Part shown: positions 9,124 through 16,578 of the stretch, piece after piece
How the letters are laid out: each line of letters starts with the position of its first letter
Position numbering within the stretch: position 1 is the first letter of the stretch
From: Breznakia sp. PF5-3
GTDB taxonomy: Bacteria > Bacillota_I > Bacilli_A > Erysipelotrichales > Erysipelotrichaceae
Assembly: GCF_029504745.1 (NCBI RefSeq)
Contig: NZ_JAQFIQ010000005.1
Location: 39,278 to 71,277 of the forward strand
Reading direction: 5' to 3'
DNA: 32,000 bases
Notes under the pieces: model-generated
What the model was told of the DNA's origin: nothing
Database searches by the model: none
What the model saw: only the letters and a program-made list of their open reading frames with translations
Program-made: the position numbers and the translations under genes

Positions 9124-9726
9124 TTATTGTTCTATCAATGTTTCCCAATCAAAATTACCATCTTCTCTAGCTTTATCAACCGTATCAAACACTTGTAATA
9201 CATTTTTAGCAATTGGTACATGTTCACCAATCATGGTACGTATAGGAATTAACCCTGCCTTATCCAAAGCTACTTTACCATTACTAAATATAGGGCTAGA
9301 AATAAAGACAATGATAATGATTGTATAAATTAATCCTTTACAAAAGGCTAAAACACTTCCCAGCACTTGATTAACACTACCAACGAGTGTAAGCTTATTT
9401 AGCTTTCTTATATATCCTCGTGCAATTCTTAATAAAATATTGACAACAACAAATAGAAGTCCAAACCAAGCCATCCGATTAGCTAATTCAACTACCAGTT
9501 TATCAAGCGTTGTAATACCTGTATTAAGTAAAGATGCAGGCACTAGTAAAAAAACATCTTTCATCACATCCGAAAGCCACCAACCAATACATACACAAAG
9601 TAATAAGGATATCGTAATAATCGCTTCTAAAACCAAACCATTACGGTATCCCTTCCAAATATAATATACCAGCATGATAACAATACCAATCGTTATCAAA
9701 ATACTAAATTGTAAAGGAAATTCCAT
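9124..9726 (-). CDS. cvpA: CvpA family membrane protein
   Basis: Four to five TM helices, with N-terminal IWKGYRNGLVLE resembling the CvpA/YshB motif. Its position directly upstream of mutS2 matches the Bacillus yshB-(polX)-mutSB arrangement. Start moved to ATG 9726 (GAGGTG 4 nt upstream). Confidence 0.7.
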   Translation of the reverse strand: MEFPLQFSILITIGIVIMLVYYIWKGYRNGLVLEAIITISLLLCVCIGWWLSDVMKDVFLLVPASLLNTGITTLDKLVVELANRMAWFGLLFVVVNILLRIARGYIRKLNKLTLVGSVNQVLGSVLAFCKGLIYTIIIIVFISSPIFSNGKVALDKAGLIPIRTMIGEHVPIAKNVLQVFDTVDKAREDGNFDWETLIEQ

Positions 9727-9813
9727 AGCCCACCTCATATTTATTTTAAAGTAAACCATAGGTTAATGCAACTTTCAAACAGATTTATGATAAAATGAAA
9801 CCGAGGTGTTTTT

Positions 9814-10692
9814 ATGACGATTACAAAGGTATATACAAAAGCTGAGATTGAACGACTGTATGCTTCTTTAAGTGCAGGGAAAGTTTGTAAAACTCCCCCT
9901 TATGCACTTTTCCAAATTCGTATGAGTGATTGTGTAATCACTGCCTATGAATCTTTAAAAGTTGTCTTTCAAGGTGAAGGTGCTGCTTTTTACAGTGGTG
10001 TTGTTGAGCCACAAGCAAGCAAAGAAGAAACGCTTACCTCAACATATCCACAAGCAGGAAGTGATGAGGTCGGTACTGGAGATTATTTTGGTCCTGTTGT
10101 TGTCTGCGCTGCCTATGTAGAAAAAAAAGATTTAGAATTGCTATCAACGTTTCATATTCAAGATTCAAAGCAAATTAAAGATGAAGATATTTTAAAAATT
10201 GCACCCGTTTTAATCGATACTTTAAAATTCAGTATTCTAATTTTAAATAATACCAAATACAATCAAGTGCATGAACACAATAACATGAACCAAATTAAAG
10301 CAAAGTTACATAATCAAGCTTTCTTAAATTTAAAGAAAAAATTCAACTTACAACTAGATACCATCTATGTTGATCAATTTACCCCACCTAAAAATTATTT
10401 TCGTTACTTGAGTGGTGAAGCAGATGTTGTTGAAAACATCCATTTTGAAACTAAAGCTGAAAGTAAATATATTAGTGTAGCCTGTGCTTCTATCATTGCT
10501 CGTTATTATTTTTTAAATACGCTGGCAAAAATGAGTGAGAAATACGATTTTCCATTCCCTAAAGGAGCTGGTGCACACGTCGATGAAGCAGGAAGAAAAT
10601 TTATAGACATGTATAGTGAAAACGAATTATTACATGTTAGCAAATTCCATTTTGCCAATACAAAAAAAATATTGAATGAAGAAACCCTTTGA
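9814..10692 (+). CDS. rnhC: Ribonuclease HIII
   Basis: 292 aa. Has an N-terminal TBP-like domain followed by the catalytic GSDEVGTGDYFGPVVV motif and the later SIIARYYF motif. RBS GAGGTG. It is divergent from the cvpA-mutS2 block, as in Bacillus. Confidence 0.9.
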   Translation: MTITKVYTKAEIERLYASLSAGKVCKTPPYALFQIRMSDCVITAYESLKVVFQGEGAAFYSGVVEPQASKEETLTSTYPQAGSDEVGTGDYFGPVVVCAAYVEKKDLELLSTFHIQDSKQIKDEDILKIAPVLIDTLKFSILILNNTKYNQVHEHNNMNQIKAKLHNQAFLNLKKKFNLQLDTIYVDQFTPPKNYFRYLSGEADVVENIHFETKAESKYISVACASIIARYYFLNTLAKMSEKYDFPFPKGAGAHVDEAGRKFIDMYSENELLHVSKFHFANTKKILNEETL

Positions 10693-10710
10693 TAACAAAG
10701 GGCTTTTTTT
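10685..10710 (+). terminator. Rho-independent terminator after rnhC
   Basis: Stem CCCTTTG / CAAAGGG with loop ATAA, then CTTTTTTTA. It overlaps the stops of both convergent genes. Confidence 0.6.
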
Positions 10711-11173
10711 ATGAGAATTTAGTTTTAAAAAAATTTAAGAAAGCATTGGCATCATCTTCTTGTTTTACGCAAAGGACGACTTCATCTGGGTCTTGATTCA
10801 GCATTTCTTGGACTGTAAAGGTAATGTATTTTTTAGGAAATTTATTAGCATGAATTCTTATCTCCTTAGAGAACATTGCAATTTTTGCTTTTTTTACTTC
10901 ATCATGTTTTACATAAATAGGATCCCCATATGCACTTAAATCTCGATCAATTGGTAAAATGACAATTTCATTTGCATCCTCATCAAAACCAATTGCATAA
11001 CTTGCATATGTGTATGTCGTTTGTCTTACAACGATAAAATTCATCATTCCTACATCCACACCACAACCATAAACAACACGGAAGCGATTCGCATCTTCAA
11101 TCACATTTGAAAATAATGCTTTCATTTTTTCAACATTCTCTAAACATACTTCATCACTTATCTTTTTTGCCAT
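10709..11173 (-). CDS. Hypothetical cytoplasmic protein (154 aa)
   Basis: Clean ORF with RBS GAGGTG and no TM or signal peptide. I recognise no family. Confidence 0.5.
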   Translation of the reverse strand: MAKKISDEVCLENVEKMKALFSNVIEDANRFRVVYGCGVDVGMMNFIVVRQTTYTYASYAIGFDEDANEIVILPIDRDLSAYGDPIYVKHDEVKKAKIAMFSKEIRIHANKFPKKYITFTVQEMLNQDPDEVVLCVKQEDDANAFLNFFKTKFS

Positions 11174-11309
11174 TGTTTCACCTCTATATTTAAAAGTATA
11201 GCATATTTAATTACATATAAAAACGAGCAAATGAATGGCATAAAATTATGTTAATGCTAAGATATAAGCAAGGACGGGAAAGGTCCTCGTAAAGAAGGAG
11301 GAATTTATT

Positions 11310-11636
11310 ATGGAAGACTTTAAAACAAAAATGGAAGAAGTAAAGGAAAGCGTTAGCAAAGAAGCTGAAAAAATCGGTGGAAAAGCTAAGGAAAAAGGAA
11401 AAGAATTAAAAGATGACATAAAAGAAGTTGCTGATAAAGTTAGTGATGAAGCAAACAATTTAAAAGATAAGGTTGTTGAAAAAGCAGATGCTTTGAGTGA
11501 CAAAATGAAAAGCGAAAGTAAGACAGTAAAAAAAGATGCGAAACATACAAAAAAAGACGTGAAAAGTAAAGCATCAAAAACAAATAAAAAAGTCCATACC
11601 AAAGCAAAAGAAGTTTCTAACAGAGCAAGTCATTAA
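11310..11636 (+). CDS. Lys/Glu-rich helical-repeat protein (LEA/YtxH-like stress protein candidate)
   Basis: 108 aa. Strong RBS AAGGAGG 8 nt upstream. The sequence is dominated by amphipathic K/E/D repeats (KDDIKEVADKVSDEANNLKDKVVEKADALSDKMK). No TM. Confidence 0.6.
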   Translation: MEDFKTKMEEVKESVSKEAEKIGGKAKEKGKELKDDIKEVADKVSDEANNLKDKVVEKADALSDKMKSESKTVKKDAKHTKKDVKSKASKTNKKVHTKAKEVSNRASH

Positions 11637-11665
11637 AGAATGGAAGATGGAAAGGAGATAATCGT

Positions 11666-11920
11666 ATGTTAAGTTTTATTTGGTCATTGATTATCGGTGG
11701 CATCATTGGTGCTATAGCAGGATTTATCCTAGGTAAAGGAACTCCTGCTGGAATCATTGGAAATATTATCTTCGGATTTATTGGAAGTTGGGTAGGTACA
11801 TCCTTATTTGGTAACTGGGGTCCAGTCATCGGAGGATTTGCATTTGTACCAGCACTTATTGGTGCTATCTTAACAATTGCCGTGTACTCATTCTTCTTTA
11901 GAAGAAGTGAACAACATTAA
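11666..11920 (+). CDS. GlsB/YeaQ/YmgE family stress-response membrane protein
   Basis: 84 aa with three Gly-rich TM helices. The N-terminus MLSFIWSLIIGGIIGAIAGFILGKG is characteristic of the transglycosylase-associated (YeaQ/YmgE/GlsB) family. RBS AAAGGAG. Confidence 0.85.
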   Translation: MLSFIWSLIIGGIIGAIAGFILGKGTPAGIIGNIIFGFIGSWVGTSLFGNWGPVIGGFAFVPALIGAILTIAVYSFFFRRSEQH

Positions 11921-11925
11921 ATAGC

Positions 11926-11961
11926 AAAAGCTTCTCAATTATATGATGAGAAGCTTTTTTT
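11926..11961. terminator. Bidirectional hairpin terminator between the glsB-like and GH3 genes
   Basis: Perfect 12-bp stem AAAAGCTTCTCA (11926..11937) / TGAGAAGCTTTT (11947..11958) followed by TTT. A/T runs lie on both sides. Confidence 0.7.
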
Positions 11962-11988
11962 ATGCCTATATTCTATCAAAAATATTTA

Positions 11989-14892
11989 TTATACTCTTGC
12001 TCTTTTTCTTTTCGCTAAGATACCTGCAGCAACTAAGAATGCAAGGATACCCGCCATTGCATATCCACCAAAGTCAGTAGTGTCCCCTGTGTTTGTTCCA
12101 CTTCCTGCTCCTGTAGATGTAGATGCAGATGAACCTGCAGCAACTACTCCTTTTACGGTAATAGTTTCTTTTGTAGAACCTGATGTTGCAGTAAATGTTA
12201 CATCAAATTCACCACCTGCTTTTCCAGCTTTTTTAATTGCTGCCACTTGTGCAGCATCAACGCTGATATCCACTGGTTCATTTGCTCTTGCTCTTGTTTT
12301 CGTCCATTTTGCATTCGCTCCAGCTTTTTTAATTAATATTTCAGCTGTTACTTTGCTAGCTTCATCATTGTTTAACTTGAAGTTATTAGCATTGATTACT
12401 AACTTATCAATAAGCGTTGTAGGTCTACTTGGATTATATGTAGCAACACGATCATCATCAATCAATCCTGCCCAATTTAATCCATAAGCTACATCATATG
12501 TATTTCCTTGTGTATCTAAATAAGGAATTACATCTTCCCCTACATCTTCAAGGTTTGCTTCTACTGTATCCATATCTCTTGGGAATTGCATTGGTAGCAA
12601 TCCTTTTGGCTCATGATTACCATTGATAACGTCATGAATTGCTGCATCACTTACTGAGAATCCAACCACAATTGCATCTACTTTATCTTCAAATTCAGAT
12701 ACGATTGCAGGACCACTTGCGTTCATTGCAACAACAATTGGAATATCTTTTCCTGTTTTTTCTACTGCTTCTACCGCATTCAATACGATATCTAAATCAT
12801 GAGAATTAATTAAACGTGATGTTTCTCCATAGTAAGATCTATTTTCTTTTGATCCATCATCCAATGTATCTCCAGCAATTGATTCTTTTCTTACATTCTC
12901 ACCATCTGCTACATAATCACCATATTGTAATGATAATGGATAGTATCCATAGCTTCCATCGTCTTTTGTATAGCGACCTGTATTAGAGAATAATCCTCCA
13001 TTCATAGGAGAACGAATTCCAACGATTACTTTATCTACACCTGTTAAATCAGGTACTGTATAACCATCTGTATCATTACCATTATCTGTAATTACTTCTC
13101 CATAGATTGAACGTGCTACATCTAAATTCATTGAAGGAGCCCATCCAGCAGGTGTGCTACCAAAGATACCAGGTTGTTCTTTTGTGTAAACCATTGGAAT
13201 ATATACTTTCATACTCTTAGGATCTTTTTCATTGTTAGCAGCTGCTTGAATTGTATTGTCTGCATTTTTCAACATAACAATAGAATCTAATTGTGCATTA
13301 TATCCTGCTTGCATTTTTTCTGCATTTCCAGCAGATGCTTCAGATGCTGCAACATCTAAGTATGGATTTTCAAACATACCAGGTTGCATTGTAAGTTTAA
13401 TCAAGCGTTTTGCTGAAGTTGCAAAACGGTTGTCTGCCCATGCTTTTCCTTTTTCACTAACCATTCGGTTATAAGATAATACAATTGGTTCAGCATTGTT
13501 GTTTCCACCAAACATATCTGTTCCTGCCATTAATATTTCATAATGACGATCTGCTGTTGAAAGTGCTTCAGCACCCCATGCCATACCAAATCCTCCAAAG
13601 CTAGTTACACCCCAGTCAGTACATACAACACCATCAAATCCAATTTTATCAGTATCTCTTAATAAGCTCATTTTTGCGATATTGTACGCAGAACCTACAA
13701 GTTGATCGCCAAATTGTGAATTTCCATCAGCATCAACACCAATTGAATATGATGTCATAACAGCAGTTGCAGAACCTGTTTTTCCATTTAATTTCATTCC
13801 ACCTTCAGTGAAAGGAAGTAAATGTTCATCATAATTTCCACCAGGGTAAACCGCATATTTTCCAGCTGCTGTATGTGATTCACGACCACCTTCACCAGCA
13901 CCATCACCAGGGAAATGCTTAATCATAGCATTGATAGAGTCTGAACCCCATCCTAAATCATTTCCAGCACCATCATAAGATGATTGTGAACCATCAACAT
14001 ATGCTTGAGCCATAGCCGTTGCCAATGCTGTGTTTTCACCAAATGTTCCTCCTACACGAAGCCATCTAGGTTCGGTAGCTAAGTCTATTTGTGGTCCTAA
14101 AGCTGTAACAATTCCCATTGCACGATATTCAGCTGATGTAGCTTTAGCAAAGTTGTACATATGTTCTGTACTAAACGTTGCAGCCATTCCTAGGTTTGAA
14201 GGCCAAGCTGAAATATCTGAACCTTCTGCAGCACTTGAATACAAGTCCCCAGAACCAGCAGTTGATCTTGGATCAGAACTAAAGTCCACTGGAACATTAA
14301 AATCACTTGTTTCAACAAACGCTTGCATTGCATTTGTCCAACCCACGGAATCACTTACATCATTACCAGCAGCATCCGTAATATTACGAACATAGCTATC
14401 TGTCAAATATTTTTTTTGTGATTGTGTCAATCCAGCTTTACTATTTGATTCATGACTACTAAATAACATCAATCCAGCAATCTTTTTGATACCATCAGGA
14501 TCTGTTGTTACTAAGTAATTTGCTAAAGCCTCAGCTCTTGTATCAACATCAAGACGCCAGTCTTCATAAGCATCTAAAGAACCATTTTTATTCATATCTT
14601 TAAAAGCATATGTATAATCGCCATCTACTTCTTCTAAGATATATTTATTCTTTCCATCTGTACCATCTGTATTGTGAAGGATTCCTAAAATAGGACCATT
14701 GTTTGGGTTTGTTACAAAATCAACTTTTGTAGTTCCTTCAGCACTTTCGTTAATGGTATGGATGTCCTTTGTTTCTACTGTATATTTTATTTCACCAGCT
14801 GCTGAAACAGCAGAAGGGACAGTAGCAAATACACCTATTGCAGCACTCGCTGCCAATATTCCCTTAAATATTCTTGAACTATTCTTTTTCAT
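11989..14892 (-). CDS. Secreted glycoside hydrolase family 3 protein with C-terminal membrane/cell-wall anchor-like tail
   Basis: 967 aa. Signal peptide MKKNSSRIFKGILAASAAIGVFATVPSAVSA. GH3 motifs KHFPGDGAGEGG and GFDGVVCTDWG (nucleophile Asp context). The C-terminus is a hydrophobic helix followed by KRKRARV. RBS AGAGGA. Confidence 0.9.
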   Translation of the reverse strand: MKKNSSRIFKGILAASAAIGVFATVPSAVSAAGEIKYTVETKDIHTINESAEGTTKVDFVTNPNNGPILGILHNTDGTDGKNKYILEEVDGDYTYAFKDMNKNGSLDAYEDWRLDVDTRAEALANYLVTTDPDGIKKIAGLMLFSSHESNSKAGLTQSQKKYLTDSYVRNITDAAGNDVSDSVGWTNAMQAFVETSDFNVPVDFSSDPRSTAGSGDLYSSAAEGSDISAWPSNLGMAATFSTEHMYNFAKATSAEYRAMGIVTALGPQIDLATEPRWLRVGGTFGENTALATAMAQAYVDGSQSSYDGAGNDLGWGSDSINAMIKHFPGDGAGEGGRESHTAAGKYAVYPGGNYDEHLLPFTEGGMKLNGKTGSATAVMTSYSIGVDADGNSQFGDQLVGSAYNIAKMSLLRDTDKIGFDGVVCTDWGVTSFGGFGMAWGAEALSTADRHYEILMAGTDMFGGNNNAEPIVLSYNRMVSEKGKAWADNRFATSAKRLIKLTMQPGMFENPYLDVAASEASAGNAEKMQAGYNAQLDSIVMLKNADNTIQAAANNEKDPKSMKVYIPMVYTKEQPGIFGSTPAGWAPSMNLDVARSIYGEVITDNGNDTDGYTVPDLTGVDKVIVGIRSPMNGGLFSNTGRYTKDDGSYGYYPLSLQYGDYVADGENVRKESIAGDTLDDGSKENRSYYGETSRLINSHDLDIVLNAVEAVEKTGKDIPIVVAMNASGPAIVSEFEDKVDAIVVGFSVSDAAIHDVINGNHEPKGLLPMQFPRDMDTVEANLEDVGEDVIPYLDTQGNTYDVAYGLNWAGLIDDDRVATYNPSRPTTLIDKLVINANNFKLNNDEASKVTAEILIKKAGANAKWTKTRARANEPVDISVDAAQVAAIKKAGKAGGEFDVTFTATSGSTKETITVKGVVAAGSSASTSTGAGSGTNTGDTTDFGGYAMAGILAFLVAAGILAKRKRARV

Positions 14893-15135
14893 TTTATTCC
14901 TCTACTTTCATTTTTTAACCTTATTTGTCAAATTTAAAATTCTTGTCTTAAATACCTTCCCATGTTTAATTGTTATTAAACTTTTTGCTATCCACTAATA
15001 CTTAAATACAAATCTCTTTGAAAGCTGAGGTTTGGCCAACTTAATGTCACCATCCAAAAAAATTATAAATCGATACAAATCTCCTCCTTTCTTATATCAA
15101 CACATCCTTTGATGTTATGACCATTTTACTATGTC

Positions 15136-15185
15136 AAATAAAAAACCTATTCACGATTATTATAAAAACAATCGTAAATAGGTTT
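15136..15185 (-). terminator. Strong orphan Rho-independent terminator inside the GH3 upstream region
   Basis: On the minus strand, a 16-bp stem AAACCTATTTACGATT / AATCGTGAATAGGTTT (one G-U) with an 11-nt loop, followed by TTTTATTT. It lies about 190 nt after the stop of the upstream gene and about 245 nt before the GH3 ATG. Confidence 0.65.
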
Positions 15186-15253
15186 AGCTTGTATTACAAA
15201 TTGATTCCTTCAACAAATCTGTAGAAACAATCACTATCCACTTTACAATTCTA

Positions 15254-15282
15254 ATGTTAGCATAGCCAAACATTGAATGCAA
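15254..15282 (-). promoter_or_regulatory. Candidate promoter TTGCAT-17-TAACAT upstream of the orphan terminator
   Basis: The minus strand reads TTGCAT (15282..15277), a 17-nt spacer, then TAACAT (15259..15254). Confidence 0.35.
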
Positions 15283-15291
15283 GCGGTTTCA
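15277..15291. promoter_or_regulatory. cre-like (CcpA) site
   Basis: ATGCAAGCGGTTTCA fits the WTGNAANCGNWNNCW cre consensus at every constrained position. It overlaps the candidate -35. Confidence 0.35.
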
Positions 15292-15342
15292 GATTTTATT
15301 TTTATCACTTGAATTTGATATAAAATTCTTATATATTACAAA

Positions 15343-15371
15343 CCAAAAAATACTAAACTTCGGTTTTTAGT
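15343..15371 (-). terminator. Weak AT-rich terminator directly after the S-component gene
   Basis: On the minus strand, a 6-bp stem ACTAAA/TTTAGT with an 8-nt loop, then ATTTTTTGG. It is 3 nt after the stop and has low predicted stability. Confidence 0.35.
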
Positions 15372-15374
15372 TCT

Positions 15375-15875
15375 TTACAATTTATAACGTTCACTTAATG
15401 TATTGATCACTACATTGCTTTTATCAAATAATATTAACATGATTAAATAATTTGATATTCCGTGGATTAAATCAAATGGAATTCCTTTTAAAAAGTAAAT
15501 CCATCCCATTTTAAACGAAATAACAAAATAAGGTATAGAAAATAAAAAGCCAAATATAAGCCCAAAGATTCCACTAAATATTGCACATTTCGTATAGGTT
15601 GTTAGAATGTTTTTTAAAACATATACAAGAAACACTAACAATATCCACACAATAAAATACATCGGTGTCCAAATACTAATTCCATATAATAGCATTTGAA
15701 CAAAATTAAATACTACAACAATAAAAATACTTCCTTTTAGTTCAAAATTTAATGTATATAGAATTAGTAAAAAACTAACCAATTCAATATTTGGTAGAAA
15801 TACTAGTAATTCTTTTGAAACAACTACAATTGCTGCACACATTGTATAAATAACAATATTCTTTAATGAATTCAT
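15375..15875 (-). CDS. ECF-transporter S component-like membrane protein (CbrT-like corrinoid candidate)
   Basis: 166 aa with about 6 TM helices, the size and topology of ECF substrate-capture subunits. It is translationally coupled (TAAtATG) to the DUF4430 gene and lies behind a cobalamin riboswitch. The family call is inferred, not recognised by motif. Confidence 0.6.
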   Translation of the reverse strand: MNSLKNIVIYTMCAAIVVVSKELLVFLPNIELVSFLLILYTLNFELKGSIFIVVVFNFVQMLLYGISIWTPMYFIVWILLVFLVYVLKNILTTYTKCAIFSGIFGLIFGFLFSIPYFVISFKMGWIYFLKGIPFDLIHGISNYLIMLILFDKSNVVINTLSERYKL

Positions 15876-15876
15876 A

Positions 15877-16332
15877 TTAATATGTTATTTCACTTAATTC
15901 AAAAACAAAGTAATCTTGATCTGTTATCTTCAAAGCGTTGGCTGCATCACAATAACCAGCTTCAATACAAGATTTATTATTTTCTGATGAATAAACCCAA
16001 TATTTATTTGCTTTTGGATTTTCTTTATATAGCTTGTTTTTTCCCATCCCTTTGATATACATACCATAAGATTGATCTTCATAATCAAGCTTTATTTCCC
16101 CTTCTTGTTCCAACTCCTTTAACAAGTCTGCTAATGTTCCTGCATCCGTATCAACACTTTCTTTATACAAGGTTTTACCATCTGCTTTAATCATAATATG
16201 GATTTCTTTATCTCCTTTATCTTGACCCAATTGTTGATACAAAAAAATCCCTGCAACCACAACGATCAAAGCTATCGCTGCAACTACAATTTGTTTTGTT
16301 TTCTTCTTCACTTTTCCTCTCTCTTTCTTCAT
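15877..16332 (-). CDS. Membrane-anchored DUF4430 (transcobalamin-like C-terminal domain) protein
   Basis: 151 aa. An N-terminal Lys-rich segment and one TM (IVVAAIALIVVVAGIFLY) precede a domain with GTLADLLKEL...SYGMYIKGMG...YWVYS...ALKITDQDYFVFE. This matches my recollection of the DUF4430 pattern. Confidence 0.7.
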   Translation of the reverse strand: MKKERGKVKKKTKQIVVAAIALIVVVAGIFLYQQLGQDKGDKEIHIMIKADGKTLYKESVDTDAGTLADLLKELEQEGEIKLDYEDQSYGMYIKGMGKNKLYKENPKANKYWVYSSENNKSCIEAGYCDAANALKITDQDYFVFELSEITY

Positions 16333-16339
16333 TCTTCTC

Positions 16340-16515
16340 CTAGAGAATGATCAATGTAATCATCGATGGCAGGTCTTCTGACTCGTGTTCATCCGCAACA
16401 TTCCTTCCCATATTTTCATACAGTGGTCACTATGTCTTGTCACACTCACAGCTGCTAGGACAGTTAAGGCTTTCCTTATTCCCTATTCTCACGTAGTAAA
16501 ACGTGCACCATCTAT
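16340..16515 (-). promoter_or_regulatory. Cobalamin (B12) riboswitch
   Basis: The minus strand contains, in canonical order: AGATGG (P1), GGTGCACG..CGTGAG, AATAGGGAA, TAAGGAAAGCCTTA, CTGTCCTAGCAGCTGTGAG, CCACTG, GGGAAGG, the B12 box GAGTCAGAAGACCTGCC (16383..16368) and CCATC (P1 3' half). It lies directly upstream of the DUF4430 gene. Confidence 0.85.
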
Positions 16516-16578
16516 TTTACAGTGTTTGCTTATACTCTCTCACTGTAATAGAGTAAGCAATTCTTATTGCTTAGAAAT

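Noticed and set aside
11246-11602. 118-aa minus-strand ORF (F/S/L-rich) fully antisense to the Lys/Glu-rich gene
   Set aside because: It is a mirror-image artefact: antisense of AAA/GAA/AAG-rich codons gives TTT/TTC/CTT with no stops. It has no RBS, and the sense gene has a strong RBS and a partner gene.
12080-14998. Plus-strand ORFs 12080..12487, 13256..13474, 14030..14395 and 14699..14998 inside or overlapping the GH3 gene
   Set aside because: They are antisense shadows of a long, motif-supported GH3 ORF. Their composition is low-complexity, and they have no RBSs or recognisable domains.
15186-15250. BglG/LicT-type RAT antiterminator element overlapping the orphan terminator upstream of GH3
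   Set aside because: GATTGTTTCT and AAACCTA words are present, but they are 54 nt apart instead of within a RAT of about 29 nt. The central CAGGCAAAA core is missing, and no BglG-family gene is in the window.
15191-15274. 29-codon ORF MFGYANIRIVKWIVIVSTDLLKESICNTS on the minus strand between the cre site and the orphan terminator
   Set aside because: It has no Shine-Dalgarno, it starts upstream of the predicted TSS, and its composition is unremarkable.
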